A stretch of 64,000 nucleotides of DNA. Source: Histomonas meleagridis 2922-C6/04-290x. Its lineage: Eukaryota > Protista > Parabasalia. Positions 19,926-30,995 of the stretch are shown piece by piece. The notes below the pieces were generated by a model. It made no database searches and had not been told where the DNA came from. It worked only from the letters and a program-made list of their open reading frames with translations. The position numbers and the translations under genes are program-made. How positions within the stretch are numbered: position 1 is the first letter of the stretch; every line of letters starts with the position of its first letter. The stretch is from contig JAANOX010000052.1 of NCBI GenBank assembly GCA_020184695.1, positions 124,001-188,000 of the forward strand, given 5' to 3'.

Positions 19926-21320
19926 ATGGTTGAAGAAAAGATCGAAAATAATTCCTCTTCCGATGAAATGGTTGATATACAAATCGAAGAATCCCTTGTC
20001 AGGGAAAGCCTCATGTCAATAGATTCTGCAAATTTCAAAGATGATCTTTATACTTTAATTGGATTTTTCTGTATTCTTGTATTAACAATTTTAATTGGTG
20101 TTTTTGGCCCACCAGTTTCAGTAGAGAAAGAGCATACAACTCAAAACGGAATGTTTCATCTGTCATATGATTCAATATCTAATATGTGCAGATATATTTC
20201 ATTTCAATTTCAATTTTATTGCAAAAACTTACATAAGATATCTATACAACTTTTGCTAAAGTATGATATCAAATTCTTCAAAAATGATAAACAAGTTCAC
20301 TTTATCTCACAACAACAAAACCATGTTACCTTAATTAACAATGATCCCACAGTTCCAGAACCTGATTTTCAAAGCCAAAAGGTGAAATTTTTTGAAGATC
20401 GACTGATAGATTATGACAGAATTGATTTAAACATTATGTTCAAATATGACAATATTACAGATTCCATTCCAACGCCCAACATCACGTTGTTTTCCTCATT
20501 TGGCCACCCAGACCATACACTTTTCCAAATATATTTCCGAATAGTATTTGCAATTTTTGGGATTATTTTCCTCTTTTTACTTGTTCGCCGTCTTCGTTCC
20601 TTACCAGCCAAGCTTTGGCATCTTGAACAAAAGCTTACTGTTCCCTTTTTAGCATTATCAATTTTGTATTGTAATCCTTTTTATCCAATTTATGCGTTTA
20701 GTCCATCTCATGCCTACATCATTCTTGATACCATCATCACGTCCTTGTTTTCCTCCTACTTCAAGTATTTCATTCTTGTTCTCTTTGATTCGCTCCGATA
20801 CAAAAACCGTAAAACCGGCGCACTTTTCTTTATACCGAAAATCATTTTTATTTTGATTACATTTTTAATTTCTGTTATTAATGGCATTTATAAAGACATT
20901 AATTCCTTTAGTGGAAACATGATAGCTGTTGATAACGATGATGTTTTATCTGTCTTGAAATGGATCGAAATATTTCTGTATATGTTATATTTGGTTTGGG
21001 TCGGATTTTCGATAGTTTTAGCTGGATTCGAAATAGATATAACTGAGAAATATAAGTTTTATATGTATTTGGCTTCTTGTGGTACAGCTATTGTTTTGTT
21101 GGCTGTGGTTAACATCGGAATGTTGAGCTTTGAGGTGTTTAAGAATAGTTCGACAAGTTTCGTTGTTGGCTTTACTGTGCAAAATGTCTTCGTGTTACTG
21201 ATGGCGTATTTCCATTGGCCGTACGAAGTTTTACATGATCAGAATTATATTGATAATACTGAAGTACAGCCGTCAACGATAGAAACTAATGACTTCTTTG
21301 TAAATGCAGATAATAATTAA
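19926..21320 (+). CDS. TMEM181: TMEM181/GPR178-like multipass membrane protein
   Basis: WHLEQKLTVPFLALSILYCNPFYP matches the TMEM181 W..EQ...LL....YNDPF pattern; luminal domain followed by about 7 TMs. Confidence 0.7.
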   Translation: MVEEKIENNSSSDEMVDIQIEESLVRESLMSIDSANFKDDLYTLIGFFCILVLTILIGVFGPPVSVEKEHTTQNGMFHLSYDSISNMCRYISFQFQFYCKNLHKISIQLLLKYDIKFFKNDKQVHFISQQQNHVTLINNDPTVPEPDFQSQKVKFFEDRLIDYDRIDLNIMFKYDNITDSIPTPNITLFSSFGHPDHTLFQIYFRIVFAIFGIIFLFLLVRRLRSLPAKLWHLEQKLTVPFLALSILYCNPFYPIYAFSPSHAYIILDTIITSLFSSYFKYFILVLFDSLRYKNRKTGALFFIPKIIFILITFLISVINGIYKDINSFSGNMIAVDNDDVLSVLKWIEIFLYMLYLVWVGFSIVLAGFEIDITEKYKFYMYLASCGTAIVLLAVVNIGMLSFEVFKNSSTSFVVGFTVQNVFVLLMAYFHWPYEVLHDQNYIDNTEVQPSTIETNDFFVNADNN

Positions 21321-21530
21321 AAAATTATTGGTCTATAAAATCTCTTTTTAATAAAAAGAATTATTTAATAAGAATTTAAATTTTTTCGAATTAATTAATC
21401 TTTGATAAATAAATAATGATAATAATTGTAAAAATTTGGTTTTTTATTTTTATATGGAAGAATATCAAACCCGAAAACATGTTTTTTTGGGTTCAAAAAT
21501 AAAAAATCATTTATTGTATCATTTTTTTTA

Positions 21531-22598
21531 ATGTTGTTTTTTATATGTCTTTTGGAAACTGGGGTACAAATAATGTCATACGAAGAAATCTATCCAGATG
21601 GAACTTCAGATAAATCGAAACTATTTAGTTTACGTGTTAAATCACCAAGATTAAATGAAGATAAATTAAAAAAATGTATAGATAATGATATTAAAAAATA
21701 TGTTTCAAATGTTGAACTTAATGCAATGGATTCAATGTTTAGAACCAAATTTTCTTCTCTAAAAAAACTTGAAACAATTTCAAATAGCCCAGCAAATCCC
21801 ATAAAATATCATGAAGCAAGAGCAATTCATCATGCTCTTACTTCCCCTAGCCTTGCACAAAACTTTGGACAAGTACTCAGTACCAAAAAAATCACAAATA
21901 ATTTTGTATGTTTATTTGAAGCTATGAAAAAAGGATTTGATAAGTTACGTCCTGCAACTACAGGAGCTTACATAAGTGTTCATAAAGTTGCTCAAAACCT
22001 CAGACCAGAGCAATTCCAAATCGGTGGTTATGTTTCCACAAGAACTTTCACAATAGTTTCAGATCTTCAATCAGTTTATACGGACAGTGCATCATTAATA
22101 TTTAAAATTAATGTAAAAAGGAACGTAAAAGTAGCCCAAGATTTAGTAGAAAAAAAATCAAATCCAATGATACTTCCTCCTGCAACTCATTTTAAAGTTT
22201 CTAGAATTTACGTTAAATACTGTAAAAAACTCCTTGTAGGAATATGTACTGATAAGATGCCTTTACTCGGAAGGAAAGTGAATTTTATTGAACTAAATGA
22301 AGTTGATGAAAATTATGGTCCAATAATATATGATAATTATCCTACACCATACCCTTCATACCCTTCATATCCTTCATACCCTTCAAGCCCTTATAACCCT
22401 TCAAGTCATCCATATCCATATCAACCAGAAACCATGAACACAACTACAATTTATGTACCAAAAAAAGATAAATTCTTTTCGAAGAAAAATATTTTGATTT
22501 TTGGTTTTATATTTGTTGTAGTTCTTTTAATAATAATTGGAATATTTATTTTTATTTTTTGTAGGAAATCAGCAGATGTGTCAAATGGTTTAGTATGA
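21531..22598 (+). CDS. Type I membrane protein with ADP-ribosyltransferase-like ectodomain (catalytic residues degenerate) and PYPSYPS stalk
   Basis: Signal peptide, ART-fold-like motif order (see findings), Pro/Tyr/Ser repeat, C-terminal TM and short tail. Confidence 0.65.
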   Translation: MLFFICLLETGVQIMSYEEIYPDGTSDKSKLFSLRVKSPRLNEDKLKKCIDNDIKKYVSNVELNAMDSMFRTKFSSLKKLETISNSPANPIKYHEARAIHHALTSPSLAQNFGQVLSTKKITNNFVCLFEAMKKGFDKLRPATTGAYISVHKVAQNLRPEQFQIGGYVSTRTFTIVSDLQSVYTDSASLIFKINVKRNVKVAQDLVEKKSNPMILPPATHFKVSRIYVKYCKKLLVGICTDKMPLLGRKVNFIELNEVDENYGPIIYDNYPTPYPSYPSYPSYPSSPYNPSSHPYPYQPETMNTTTIYVPKKDKFFSKKNILIFGFIFVVVLLIIIGIFIFIFCRKSADVSNGLV

Positions 22599-22817
22599 TG
22601 GAATTATTTGAACTGAGAAGTAAAAATGATTTTATGGTAAAAGTTTTTTATTTATTTGATGTTCATATAATAATAACATATAACATTTTTTAATATTCTT
22701 TTATTATCGATTCACAATTATAAAAAATTTATCTTTAAGAGGAGTAATTAAAAGTGACATAAGTAAAGTTTTTAAATTAACGGTTCCGAAAGTGACAGAG
22801 CGGTCGGCCATTTCAAA

Positions 22818-23066
22818 ATGGGAGCAGGAACACCATCTTTTGGTAAACGCCATAACAAATCTCATACAATATGCCGCCGCTGTGGATCACGTTCTTATCA
22901 TATTCAGAAAGGAAGATGTGCCAAATGTGGATATCCAGAAGCATCAATGCGTCATTATAACTGGGCAAAGAAAGCTCACGCAAAGCGCACACAAGGAACC
23001 GGACGCATGTCACACCTCAAGAAGTGCATGAAAAAACTTCAAGCAATCTATGCACCAAAGAAATAA
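22818..23066 (+). CDS. RPL37: 60S ribosomal protein L37
   Basis: [37 protein letters not shown]...[11 protein letters not shown]. Confidence 0.98.
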   Translation: MGAGTPSFGKRHNKSHTICRRCGSRSYHIQKGRCAKCGYPEASMRHYNWAKKAHAKRTQGTGRMSHLKKCMKKLQAIYAPKK

Positions 23067-23249
23067 AATTACTTATTTTTATTACTTTGCGCCATAAATA
23101 AAGTAAAAGAAACTCATGCATATCCTGTGTTCAATTTTTCAGATATCTTTTTTTCTAGTTATTTAAAATTGATTTTTTAATTTTCTAAAAAACATTTCTT
23201 GAACAATTTAAAATATTATCACCAATTTAATTAGATGTCACATAAAATA

Positions 23250-24953
23250 TTATTCAATATTATTTATTTCAAATATCTTGAATTCATTTTCGAAATCAAT
23301 CTTTCTTTCTCTTTCTTCATATTCTCTTGGTAAAGCTTTTTTCCTATACACCCAAATTGCTGTTTTCTTCAGTTCTTTGATTCTCACGTACCTTAATGGG
23401 TTTTCCCAAACATCTGAAATTTTTGTTTGACATGATAAATCATTATCATCAAATTGGAACAATGGGAACAAATGAATTACCATTGCAATCACAATACACA
23501 AGAACCAATTTTTTGGATCTGGTGAAGTATGAATATGTATCCAAATATCCCAAATATCGAAAACATTTTCACATGATCTCTTAAGCATAAGGACAATACC
23601 GGGATAGAAAAAGTTCAAGTTATTCATTCCTTTTCTCTTAACCCAAAGTACAAATAGTGGAGAAAAGGATTCCATATAATTGATAACTTTACGATCCATG
23701 TCAAGAGCACGTTTAAAAATGCTCATCAAATATTTGTCAAAACAGAGATTGTCAATTTCGGACACAAAGTACCAAAGAAGTTTCGGCATAAATGAGCTGT
23801 GGTCAATGATATTCCCATCATCATCAATGGGATAACCTTCGTCGTTCCATTTAGGAAAATAAGCAAGGATAAAGGGAACAACATGATCATTTAATCCTTG
23901 GATATAACCAAAAGATGGATTATATACAAGATATTGATTAAGAACTTGGGTAACCATAGAAGGCCCTGGCTTGTCAATATTGGCAAATGCTTTTTCTCGT
24001 CTATCAGTTCGTTCAACATCATTAAGTATTACTGAAAAATTGCTTCGAAGACTTTTGTTGTTTGGCATTTTCTTTGCTGTAGAAACCTGTGCACTAAGCC
24101 TAGCGCTTTCTTCCTTCCAATAATGTTCTAGTTGTTTCCGATCTTCAGAAGTTGAATTTAATTTATATGCTCCAATCGCAAATGGGATAACTGAGGTTAA
24201 TATTTCGTGGTCGCATCCACATAAGAAAAGTCTGTTTTTAAATATGTGAGGCTCATTGAGAGTTCCTGTGCAATCGAAAAGATGTGGAAATTCTGCGGCG
24301 GTTATGGGGGTTACCCCATTGAAATATGATTCCGATTCTTTTTCGATTTGTTCTAGCAGCAGTGCATGCGATGCTTTAGCTGCACAATCAAATGGGAACT
24401 GAATATTTGAAATGCCTTTTGTTTTGTCTATTTCAAGAAGCAAATCTTTTGTATAATTAATGAGTGCTGAACATAATGATTCAAATGTGATGTCATCTCC
24501 AGATGGAAACTTCATTTGGATGTGACTACATGTATTAAATATGGGCTCTGTGTAATACGGATTGAGTTGAAGACCAAATTGACATGATTTATCATAGCTT
24601 GGTGATGCCATTCCTAAAAAAACAAGACGCTGAAAGAATATAAATAATGAAATCATCTTTGTTTTGGGAACCATAAACCTTTTGAAGTCAGGATCATATA
24701 AAAATGTTATTCTAAAACAATTATCTTCTTTGATGTTCAAAATTTTGATCTCCCTTGCTTTAGGTGAAATTAGTTTAACAATTTGTGGGTCATTGCTATG
24801 TATATTAAGTTTTTCTTTATAAATTGAGTATCTTGAAATTGATGAATAAGGAATCCAATATAACTGATTTGATTCTGATATGTAGAGCGAACCTTTCATA
24901 TGTCCTTTCACATTTGTTTCATCAAAAACAGGTTCTAGAACATATTTGCTCAT
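23250..24953 (-). CDS. TBC-domain RabGAP (TBC1D15/17-like)
   Basis: ILNDVERTDR (R finger) and YIQGLND (Q finger). Likely ATG at 24953. Confidence 0.85.
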   Translation of the reverse strand: MSKYVLEPVFDETNVKGHMKGSLYISESNQLYWIPYSSISRYSIYKEKLNIHSNDPQIVKLISPKAREIKILNIKEDNCFRITFLYDPDFKRFMVPKTKMISLFIFFQRLVFLGMASPSYDKSCQFGLQLNPYYTEPIFNTCSHIQMKFPSGDDITFESLCSALINYTKDLLLEIDKTKGISNIQFPFDCAAKASHALLLEQIEKESESYFNGVTPITAAEFPHLFDCTGTLNEPHIFKNRLFLCGCDHEILTSVIPFAIGAYKLNSTSEDRKQLEHYWKEESARLSAQVSTAKKMPNNKSLRSNFSVILNDVERTDRREKAFANIDKPGPSMVTQVLNQYLVYNPSFGYIQGLNDHVVPFILAYFPKWNDEGYPIDDDGNIIDHSSFMPKLLWYFVSEIDNLCFDKYLMSIFKRALDMDRKVINYMESFSPLFVLWVKRKGMNNLNFFYPGIVLMLKRSCENVFDIWDIWIHIHTSPDPKNWFLCIVIAMVIHLFPLFQFDDNDLSCQTKISDVWENPLRYVRIKELKKTAIWVYRKKALPREYEERERKIDFENEFKIFEINNIE

Positions 24954-25008
24954 TTTTAAGAGCACTCAAAATCTCAAAAGTGACAGCGTATCGGCTTTCT
25001 CGTTATAT

Positions 25009-26685
25009 ATGAGCAGGACATTGTCTAGGAAAGTCCAACGTCCCCTCTATGAATTCCAAAGGACTGGACCAATAGCAAGACAACCTGCAGGGCATAAACC
25101 AGATTTAACTTTGTCTATTCAAAAATCACATGCAAATGATAAAAATTCCAATGATATCAAACATATTACAAAAACAAAAAATGTCAATACCCTTGATAAC
25201 CTTTTCCTAATTTATATATTGGGATATTCAGAATTTGAAAAATGTACATCAATCAATGCATCAAGTCAAAATCTTAAAGCAATCGATTTAGAATCACTCA
25301 AATTATTAGTAAATTTGCAAACAGCGGATTTTAGTGATAATAATTTACCACTTGAACCATTTAGTATTCTTCCTTCATTAGAAGAGCTTGATTTATCATG
25401 TAATTCTATTATCAAATTTGAATATCAATCGTGTATAGAAATATGCGGTGACAGTGAAGTTTGGAATTCTCTTTATACACTTAATTTATCATTTAATAAT
25501 TTAGAATTAATTTCAATTAATGATTTACAAAAAATTCCTCATCTCACGAATCTCGATCTTTCTCATAATTCTATTTCATCTCTTCCATCTAATCTTATTT
25601 ACTTTAGTTCACTAACCACTTTAAATCTTACAAGTAATCTCCTTAATACAGATCAAACCTTTTTCTCTCTTTCCACAATTCCTTCACTTCAAACACTTAT
25701 TCTTGATGACAATGACATTTCTTATATCCCAATACTTCAAACAGGTTTCACGTCACTTTCAAAAATCTCATTAAAAAACAACAAACTTGAAAATTCAGGT
25801 GATTTTATTTCATTAATTGATCTTGAACACATTAAAGAAGTTGATATTATAGGTAATCCTATTCTTCTTCGCCCTAAGCAACTCAATGATGCACGTGAAG
25901 CTTTCACAGCATCAAACATTGATTTAATTTTTGAATCAACACTTGAGAAAAATAAACCATTGAATTTGCCTTTACGAACGGTTTCTTTTGACCCGTTAAC
26001 TCTCCCGCGCTTTACCAAAGCTCACAAGCGCGCTCTGAATCGCAAAATTGTTGTACCTGAAGCTGGTAAACAAGCTCGTACATCAACAACAGAAACTTAT
26101 AGCCAACCAGATGATAATGTATTCATGACATCTGTTGGTGCTAAATCAGAAACAAGTGAAATTATTATTGAACCAACGCCTCTTCCAAACCCTAATGATA
26201 CCAGTGAAGAAGAAATTAAAAACATTTGGAAAGAAATACCAGTTGTTAATTATGAAATGCGAAAAAAACTTGATGTTAAACATCGCCTTGAGTTTGTAAC
26301 CGCATTTAACAAGCTTCAATTTCTTGTTAATCATCCTGACATGCGATTAATTCCAAAAGATTCCAAAGAATCCGAAACAAATTCCACAGAAAATGAGTTT
26401 GAGATTTCGCAAGACTTAATACAAGGAAAACCAGAAACGAAAACGAAGAAAAACACGAAAGTATCAACACAACTTGAAGCCGATACCGAATATACAAAAG
26501 AAGAGATCCAAAATATGTTACGTAGTATGGAGGAAAGATTGGAAATGGTCGAAAGGGATCTCAAAGCTGCAGATGAATCGGGTCAAATGGCCGTTGAAAT
26601 TGCGTTTGAACAGAAGAATTTCACTCAATTGCATAAGCAATATGAAGCGATTCGATCCGAGCTAATTAACACGATAAATGGTTAA
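25009..26685 (+). CDS. Leucine-rich-repeat protein with C-terminal coiled coil (XRRA1-like)
   Basis: Multiple LxxLxLSxNxI repeats. Likely ATG at 25009. Confidence 0.8.
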   Translation: MSRTLSRKVQRPLYEFQRTGPIARQPAGHKPDLTLSIQKSHANDKNSNDIKHITKTKNVNTLDNLFLIYILGYSEFEKCTSINASSQNLKAIDLESLKLLVNLQTADFSDNNLPLEPFSILPSLEELDLSCNSIIKFEYQSCIEICGDSEVWNSLYTLNLSFNNLELISINDLQKIPHLTNLDLSHNSISSLPSNLIYFSSLTTLNLTSNLLNTDQTFFSLSTIPSLQTLILDDNDISYIPILQTGFTSLSKISLKNNKLENSGDFISLIDLEHIKEVDIIGNPILLRPKQLNDAREAFTASNIDLIFESTLEKNKPLNLPLRTVSFDPLTLPRFTKAHKRALNRKIVVPEAGKQARTSTTETYSQPDDNVFMTSVGAKSETSEIIIEPTPLPNPNDTSEEEIKNIWKEIPVVNYEMRKKLDVKHRLEFVTAFNKLQFLVNHPDMRLIPKDSKESETNSTENEFEISQDLIQGKPETKTKKNTKVSTQLEADTEYTKEEIQNMLRSMEERLEMVERDLKAADESGQMAVEIAFEQKNFTQLHKQYEAIRSELINTING

Positions 26686-27023
26686 ATTGTTTGTTTTTTT
26701 AATAAATATCGAATAAAAAATCTATTTTTTTCATCAAATGTAACAAAATTAATTGATTTTAAAGTCACTAATTTCGAAATTTTATTGTATTGTTTCACGT
26801 TTTTTCGTATAATAAGTCATGAAATTAGATGATTTAAGAACATTGTTAAATTAAATGGATTCAATTATGTTTTAGTACAGTTTAGTTTCATGCAAAAACA
26901 CCAAGAAAAAAAAACTTTATCTTTTATATTTTGAATGGCTTTATTCAATTTTTTAATGGGAAAGCTTTGTTAATTTAAACTTAAAGTATGAAATACATAA
27001 TATTACTTTGAGATCATTTTTCA

Positions 27024-28097
27024 ATGTTTCTTCTTTTGATTGGAATGTCCTTATGTGGCGAATTATTAACCCTTTATTATAACATTGATAAAGACAATGT
27101 AAAAAGGAACCTCAAAGTTAAGTATGCAGAAGGTGATGAATATGGGAAACAACTGGATGAAGACCTTAGATCAAATTTTAAACACAAATATGTTTTCAAA
27201 GAAACAAAAAACAAAACTATAATTCTTGCAAATGAAATTGGAAAAAATCCAATTGTTGAAGTACAAATTGAAAAATATGATAAAATATTTGATATAAGAA
27301 ATATTAGCGAACCAAAAAGATTTATTTATTTCAATTCAGGTAGAAATGAGATCTCAATTATTACTGATAATGAAACCAATTTAACAAACTCAATTTCGTT
27401 ACTATTAGTTCAAGGTAAAATAAAGTTTCTTCAAAAATTATACGTAGATACACTTATTTTATCAAAAGATACATATGTTAATGAGAATTATCAAGCTAAC
27501 AATTTAGTTGCAACAAACATTGATGTTCTTAAAAAGGCAAATGCAACAAACAAAATACTTTATACATCTATAGAAAAATCAATCATTTTCGAAGAAGATA
27601 AAATTAAAATTGACTCAAAAACAGAAATTCCACAAAATATTTCTTTAATGTTCACACCTTATAATTCAGAATCTATGAAAATAGAAATGATACTTCCGTC
27701 TAATGTTAAAAAGCCTATGCCATTAAATATATACTTCGAATCACCACATTTAATGTTTTTACATTTGGCTTATCATAAATTTTATGACGTGATCATATAT
27801 AATTATAATTCTTATAGAAGAAATGCAACAATTAGTTTTGATTTTATTGGAAATTGGAGTGCTGTAAAGGATTATACATTTCATTTTTATATTAACGATC
27901 ATAATCTTAAATATGTAAACTTATCAAGTATTCCAAGTAATATAAAATGTGTAACTTCTAATTGGTTACGTCTCAAAGAAAACCCTAAAACAAAAAAAGA
28001 TTCAAACAAGTTTTTGATCATTATCATAATATCAAGTACCGTTTTTATAATTGCATCAATAATAGTATGCATAATTGTAATGTTGCAAAAAGATTAA
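27024..28097 (+). CDS. Type I surface membrane protein, lineage-specific family
   Basis: Signal peptide and C-terminal TM; distal ectodomain similar to 45957-46388. Confidence 0.75.
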   Translation: MFLLLIGMSLCGELLTLYYNIDKDNVKRNLKVKYAEGDEYGKQLDEDLRSNFKHKYVFKETKNKTIILANEIGKNPIVEVQIEKYDKIFDIRNISEPKRFIYFNSGRNEISIITDNETNLTNSISLLLVQGKIKFLQKLYVDTLILSKDTYVNENYQANNLVATNIDVLKKANATNKILYTSIEKSIIFEEDKIKIDSKTEIPQNISLMFTPYNSESMKIEMILPSNVKKPMPLNIYFESPHLMFLHLAYHKFYDVIIYNYNSYRRNATISFDFIGNWSAVKDYTFHFYINDHNLKYVNLSSIPSNIKCVTSNWLRLKENPKTKKDSNKFLIIIIISSTVFIIASIIVCIIVMLQKD

Positions 28098-28615
28098 ATT
28101 TAAGATCATAAACATCTTTAACTCTATTTTTCTATTTTTAAATCTAGTGAAAGCGTTTATTTTTTTATTTATGATTAAATTTATATTAAGTTTTAAGAAT
28201 GAATTTTTTTTTGATCTGAATAAGAATGATTAAGATTTTATAATAATTAATGAAACAAATATCCTATAAAAAATACGTAAACGCAGAATTACTTCTTGAA
28301 GTTATACCACTCATTATTGACTTTATAATAATTTGTTTACAAGCTAAGTAGCCAAAATAAAACATCTATGGAAATTCATATTGTCAATATTAGATGTTCA
28401 AAGATTTGTAATCAAAATTTTTAACACAAAGAAAAAGAAATCAAATAATACATATTTTCATATGTAAAATAGTTCAAATAATTTTGAAATGTGTTTTGAA
28501 CCCGGCACGGTACTTAACGGCTGCTATAACTTTTTCAATATGGAAGTGCGGTTGATTAAAATTTTCAACGATCAATAATTGAATCTGTTGTAATCGTTTT
28601 CTTGTCATTTGACAA

Positions 28616-29938
28616 ATGATTTTCCTCTTCATCCTTGCTTCGAAGGTCGCTAGCTATTGCGAAGACTGCGAACCATGCAAGAAAGGAGAATACTGGCCGC
28701 CAGATTCTACACACCATTGCGTCAAATGTCCAAAAGGTACATACAGTAATATCCGAGAGTCAAGATCATGCACTGCATGCCCTCAAGGATACTATGCTGA
28801 TGAAGAAGGTTCCAAAGCATGCAAGCCTTGCCCTCAAGGCTATTATTCCAATTCAACTTCAGCAACTTCATTCGAAACTTGCATCAAATGCCCATATGGA
28901 ACCACCAGCGAAAAATCCGAAGGTTCCACCAAATGCATTTCATGCAACCCAGGTGAGTACTTTGATGAAAATGGTAAATGTCAATCATGCCCAGCAGGCA
29001 CATATTCAACTGTAGCCGGAACTTCAATTGAATCTTGTCAACCATGCCCAACAGGTACATATAGTTCTAGCGCCGGATCCACCAAATGCACCAAATGTCA
29101 AGATGGATATTATTCATCAACAGCTGGTTCAACCAAATGTACCGCCTGTCCTGGTGGTTACTATTCCAACTCCAGTGACCCAAGCTCATATTCTACATGC
29201 TTACCATGTCCAGTTGGTTATACAGGATTATCATACACAGGTTCAACACGTTGTTCACCATGTGCAGCAGGTACATACGCTGATGAACCAGGTCTTGATG
29301 AATGTAAGCGATGCCCACAAGCAACATATTCCGATAAAGGCGCATCTCAATGCACATTATGTCCAGCAGGTACATCAAGTGGAGGTTCTTCATTGTGTAC
29401 ACGATGCCCAGCAGGAAAATATGCACCTGTTCCAGGAAGTTTATGTGAGTCATGTCCAACATTTACATATTCGAATACATCAGATATGGATTCATTCATA
29501 GAATGCAAACGTTGTCCAAAAGGTTCAGCACCAAAGAGCCAAACAGGTGCTACTGGTTGTGAATGGTGTCGTCCTGGATATTATGTTAATTACCAAATGG
29601 CTACTTGCAGACCATGTGAACCCGGTAATTATTCAGATGAAGTCGGTTCAGAAGTCTGCAAACGTTGTCCAAAAGGTACATTCACCAAATATTCAGCTTC
29701 TTCAAGTTGCGAAGTTTGTCCCGCTGGTTATTATTCCGACAAAGAAGGTTCAAAACAATGTGAGGCATGTCCTGCTGGTACTTATGGTATTTCGAATGGC
29801 GCTGATTCAGAAAACTTATGTTATAATTGTCCATGTGGTACATATTCTGCAAAAGGTTCAAGTCAATGCACACCTTGTGAACCTGGTTACTTCCCTAACA
29901 AGGAACAAACAAGATGCGAAAAGATTGAAGATGATTAA
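28616..29938 (+). CDS. Secreted cysteine-rich protein with CxxCPxGxY repeats (ephrin-receptor-like/GCC2-GCC3/TNFR-like)
   Basis: Signal peptide, many C..CP.G.YS repeats, no TM. Confidence 0.85.
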   Translation: MIFLFILASKVASYCEDCEPCKKGEYWPPDSTHHCVKCPKGTYSNIRESRSCTACPQGYYADEEGSKACKPCPQGYYSNSTSATSFETCIKCPYGTTSEKSEGSTKCISCNPGEYFDENGKCQSCPAGTYSTVAGTSIESCQPCPTGTYSSSAGSTKCTKCQDGYYSSTAGSTKCTACPGGYYSNSSDPSSYSTCLPCPVGYTGLSYTGSTRCSPCAAGTYADEPGLDECKRCPQATYSDKGASQCTLCPAGTSSGGSSLCTRCPAGKYAPVPGSLCESCPTFTYSNTSDMDSFIECKRCPKGSAPKSQTGATGCEWCRPGYYVNYQMATCRPCEPGNYSDEVGSEVCKRCPKGTFTKYSASSSCEVCPAGYYSDKEGSKQCEACPAGTYGISNGADSENLCYNCPCGTYSAKGSSQCTPCEPGYFPNKEQTRCEKIEDD

Positions 29939-30119
29939 ATGAAACAATAAATAAAATTAATTAAGTTTGATGCGATTTTGATTGATTGGTCACTTCACCT
30001 ACAATAAAATTTAAACGGTCGAAATTTAATTTGAATCGATTTTTGAACGAAAAATATTACAACGGCCATTCAAAAAGTTTTCGATTTTTGAGAGCGTTAA
30101 CAACACTTCACTTTTGGAA

Positions 30120-30641
30120 ATGGCGAATCAATACAATTTCCAAGTACAAATGGTTCAACCAATCGAACAACAATACTACAACGACACTAGAGAAGCATTT
30201 AATCTATTTGATCAGGATCATAGTGGATATCTCGATAAAAAAGAATTCGAAGCATTTTTAAAAGCTGCAGGTAAGAAAGAACATGCAAAATACTTATATA
30301 AAATTGTCGATTCAAATCATGATGGCAAAATTTCATTTGATGAATTTTGGGCATTTATGCAAACAATGATACAAATTCAGTTACACCGTGATTTATCAGG
30401 ATATCTAAGAATGATATTTGATGCATGCGATCATGGTAAAGGTAGAGGACGAGATGGAAGGGAAATTAAAAAGGGTTATCTTACTCGAAAAGAATTTTTC
30501 AAATTCCTCGAGATAACTACTGCCAAAAAACACAACTTTTTAGATAACTTCTTAAACTCACTAAGATTCGATAGGAACGGCGATGGAAAAATTACTTTCG
30601 AAGAAATAATGACTCAATGCCGTTTTAACTTAGGTCTTTAA
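30120..30641 (+). CDS. EF-hand calcium-binding protein
   Basis: DQDHSGYLDKKE, DSNHDGKISFDE, DRNGDGKITFEE loops; Inr-like TCACTT at 30108. Confidence 0.9.
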   Translation: MANQYNFQVQMVQPIEQQYYNDTREAFNLFDQDHSGYLDKKEFEAFLKAAGKKEHAKYLYKIVDSNHDGKISFDEFWAFMQTMIQIQLHRDLSGYLRMIFDACDHGKGRGRDGREIKKGYLTRKEFFKFLEITTAKKHNFLDNFLNSLRFDRNGDGKITFEEIMTQCRFNLGL

Positions 30642-30995
30642 AATCATGATTTTCGAGCATTATCATCAGCAAAATAAAAATATTATTTGCCTTTGATTTT
30701 TTTGTCATATATTAATAAATAATTTTTCACAATCAAAACTTTATCCGAGTGGAATTTCGCCATCTTTTTTTATTTATATATAACACATTAATATCCTTCA
30801 TCTATTATCAAACATTTTCATTGTGTTCAGTTGTTTTATCAAAGATATGAAGCACCATTCAATTTTTATATAAAAGAGATTTCGCTTTATTGGAACCAAC
30901 GAATTAATACTATTTTCAACACTAAACTTTATTTAAAAGATCTTTCCCATCAAAAAAAAAAATATTGGATTTAGAGAAAATTTACAAAAGAAATA

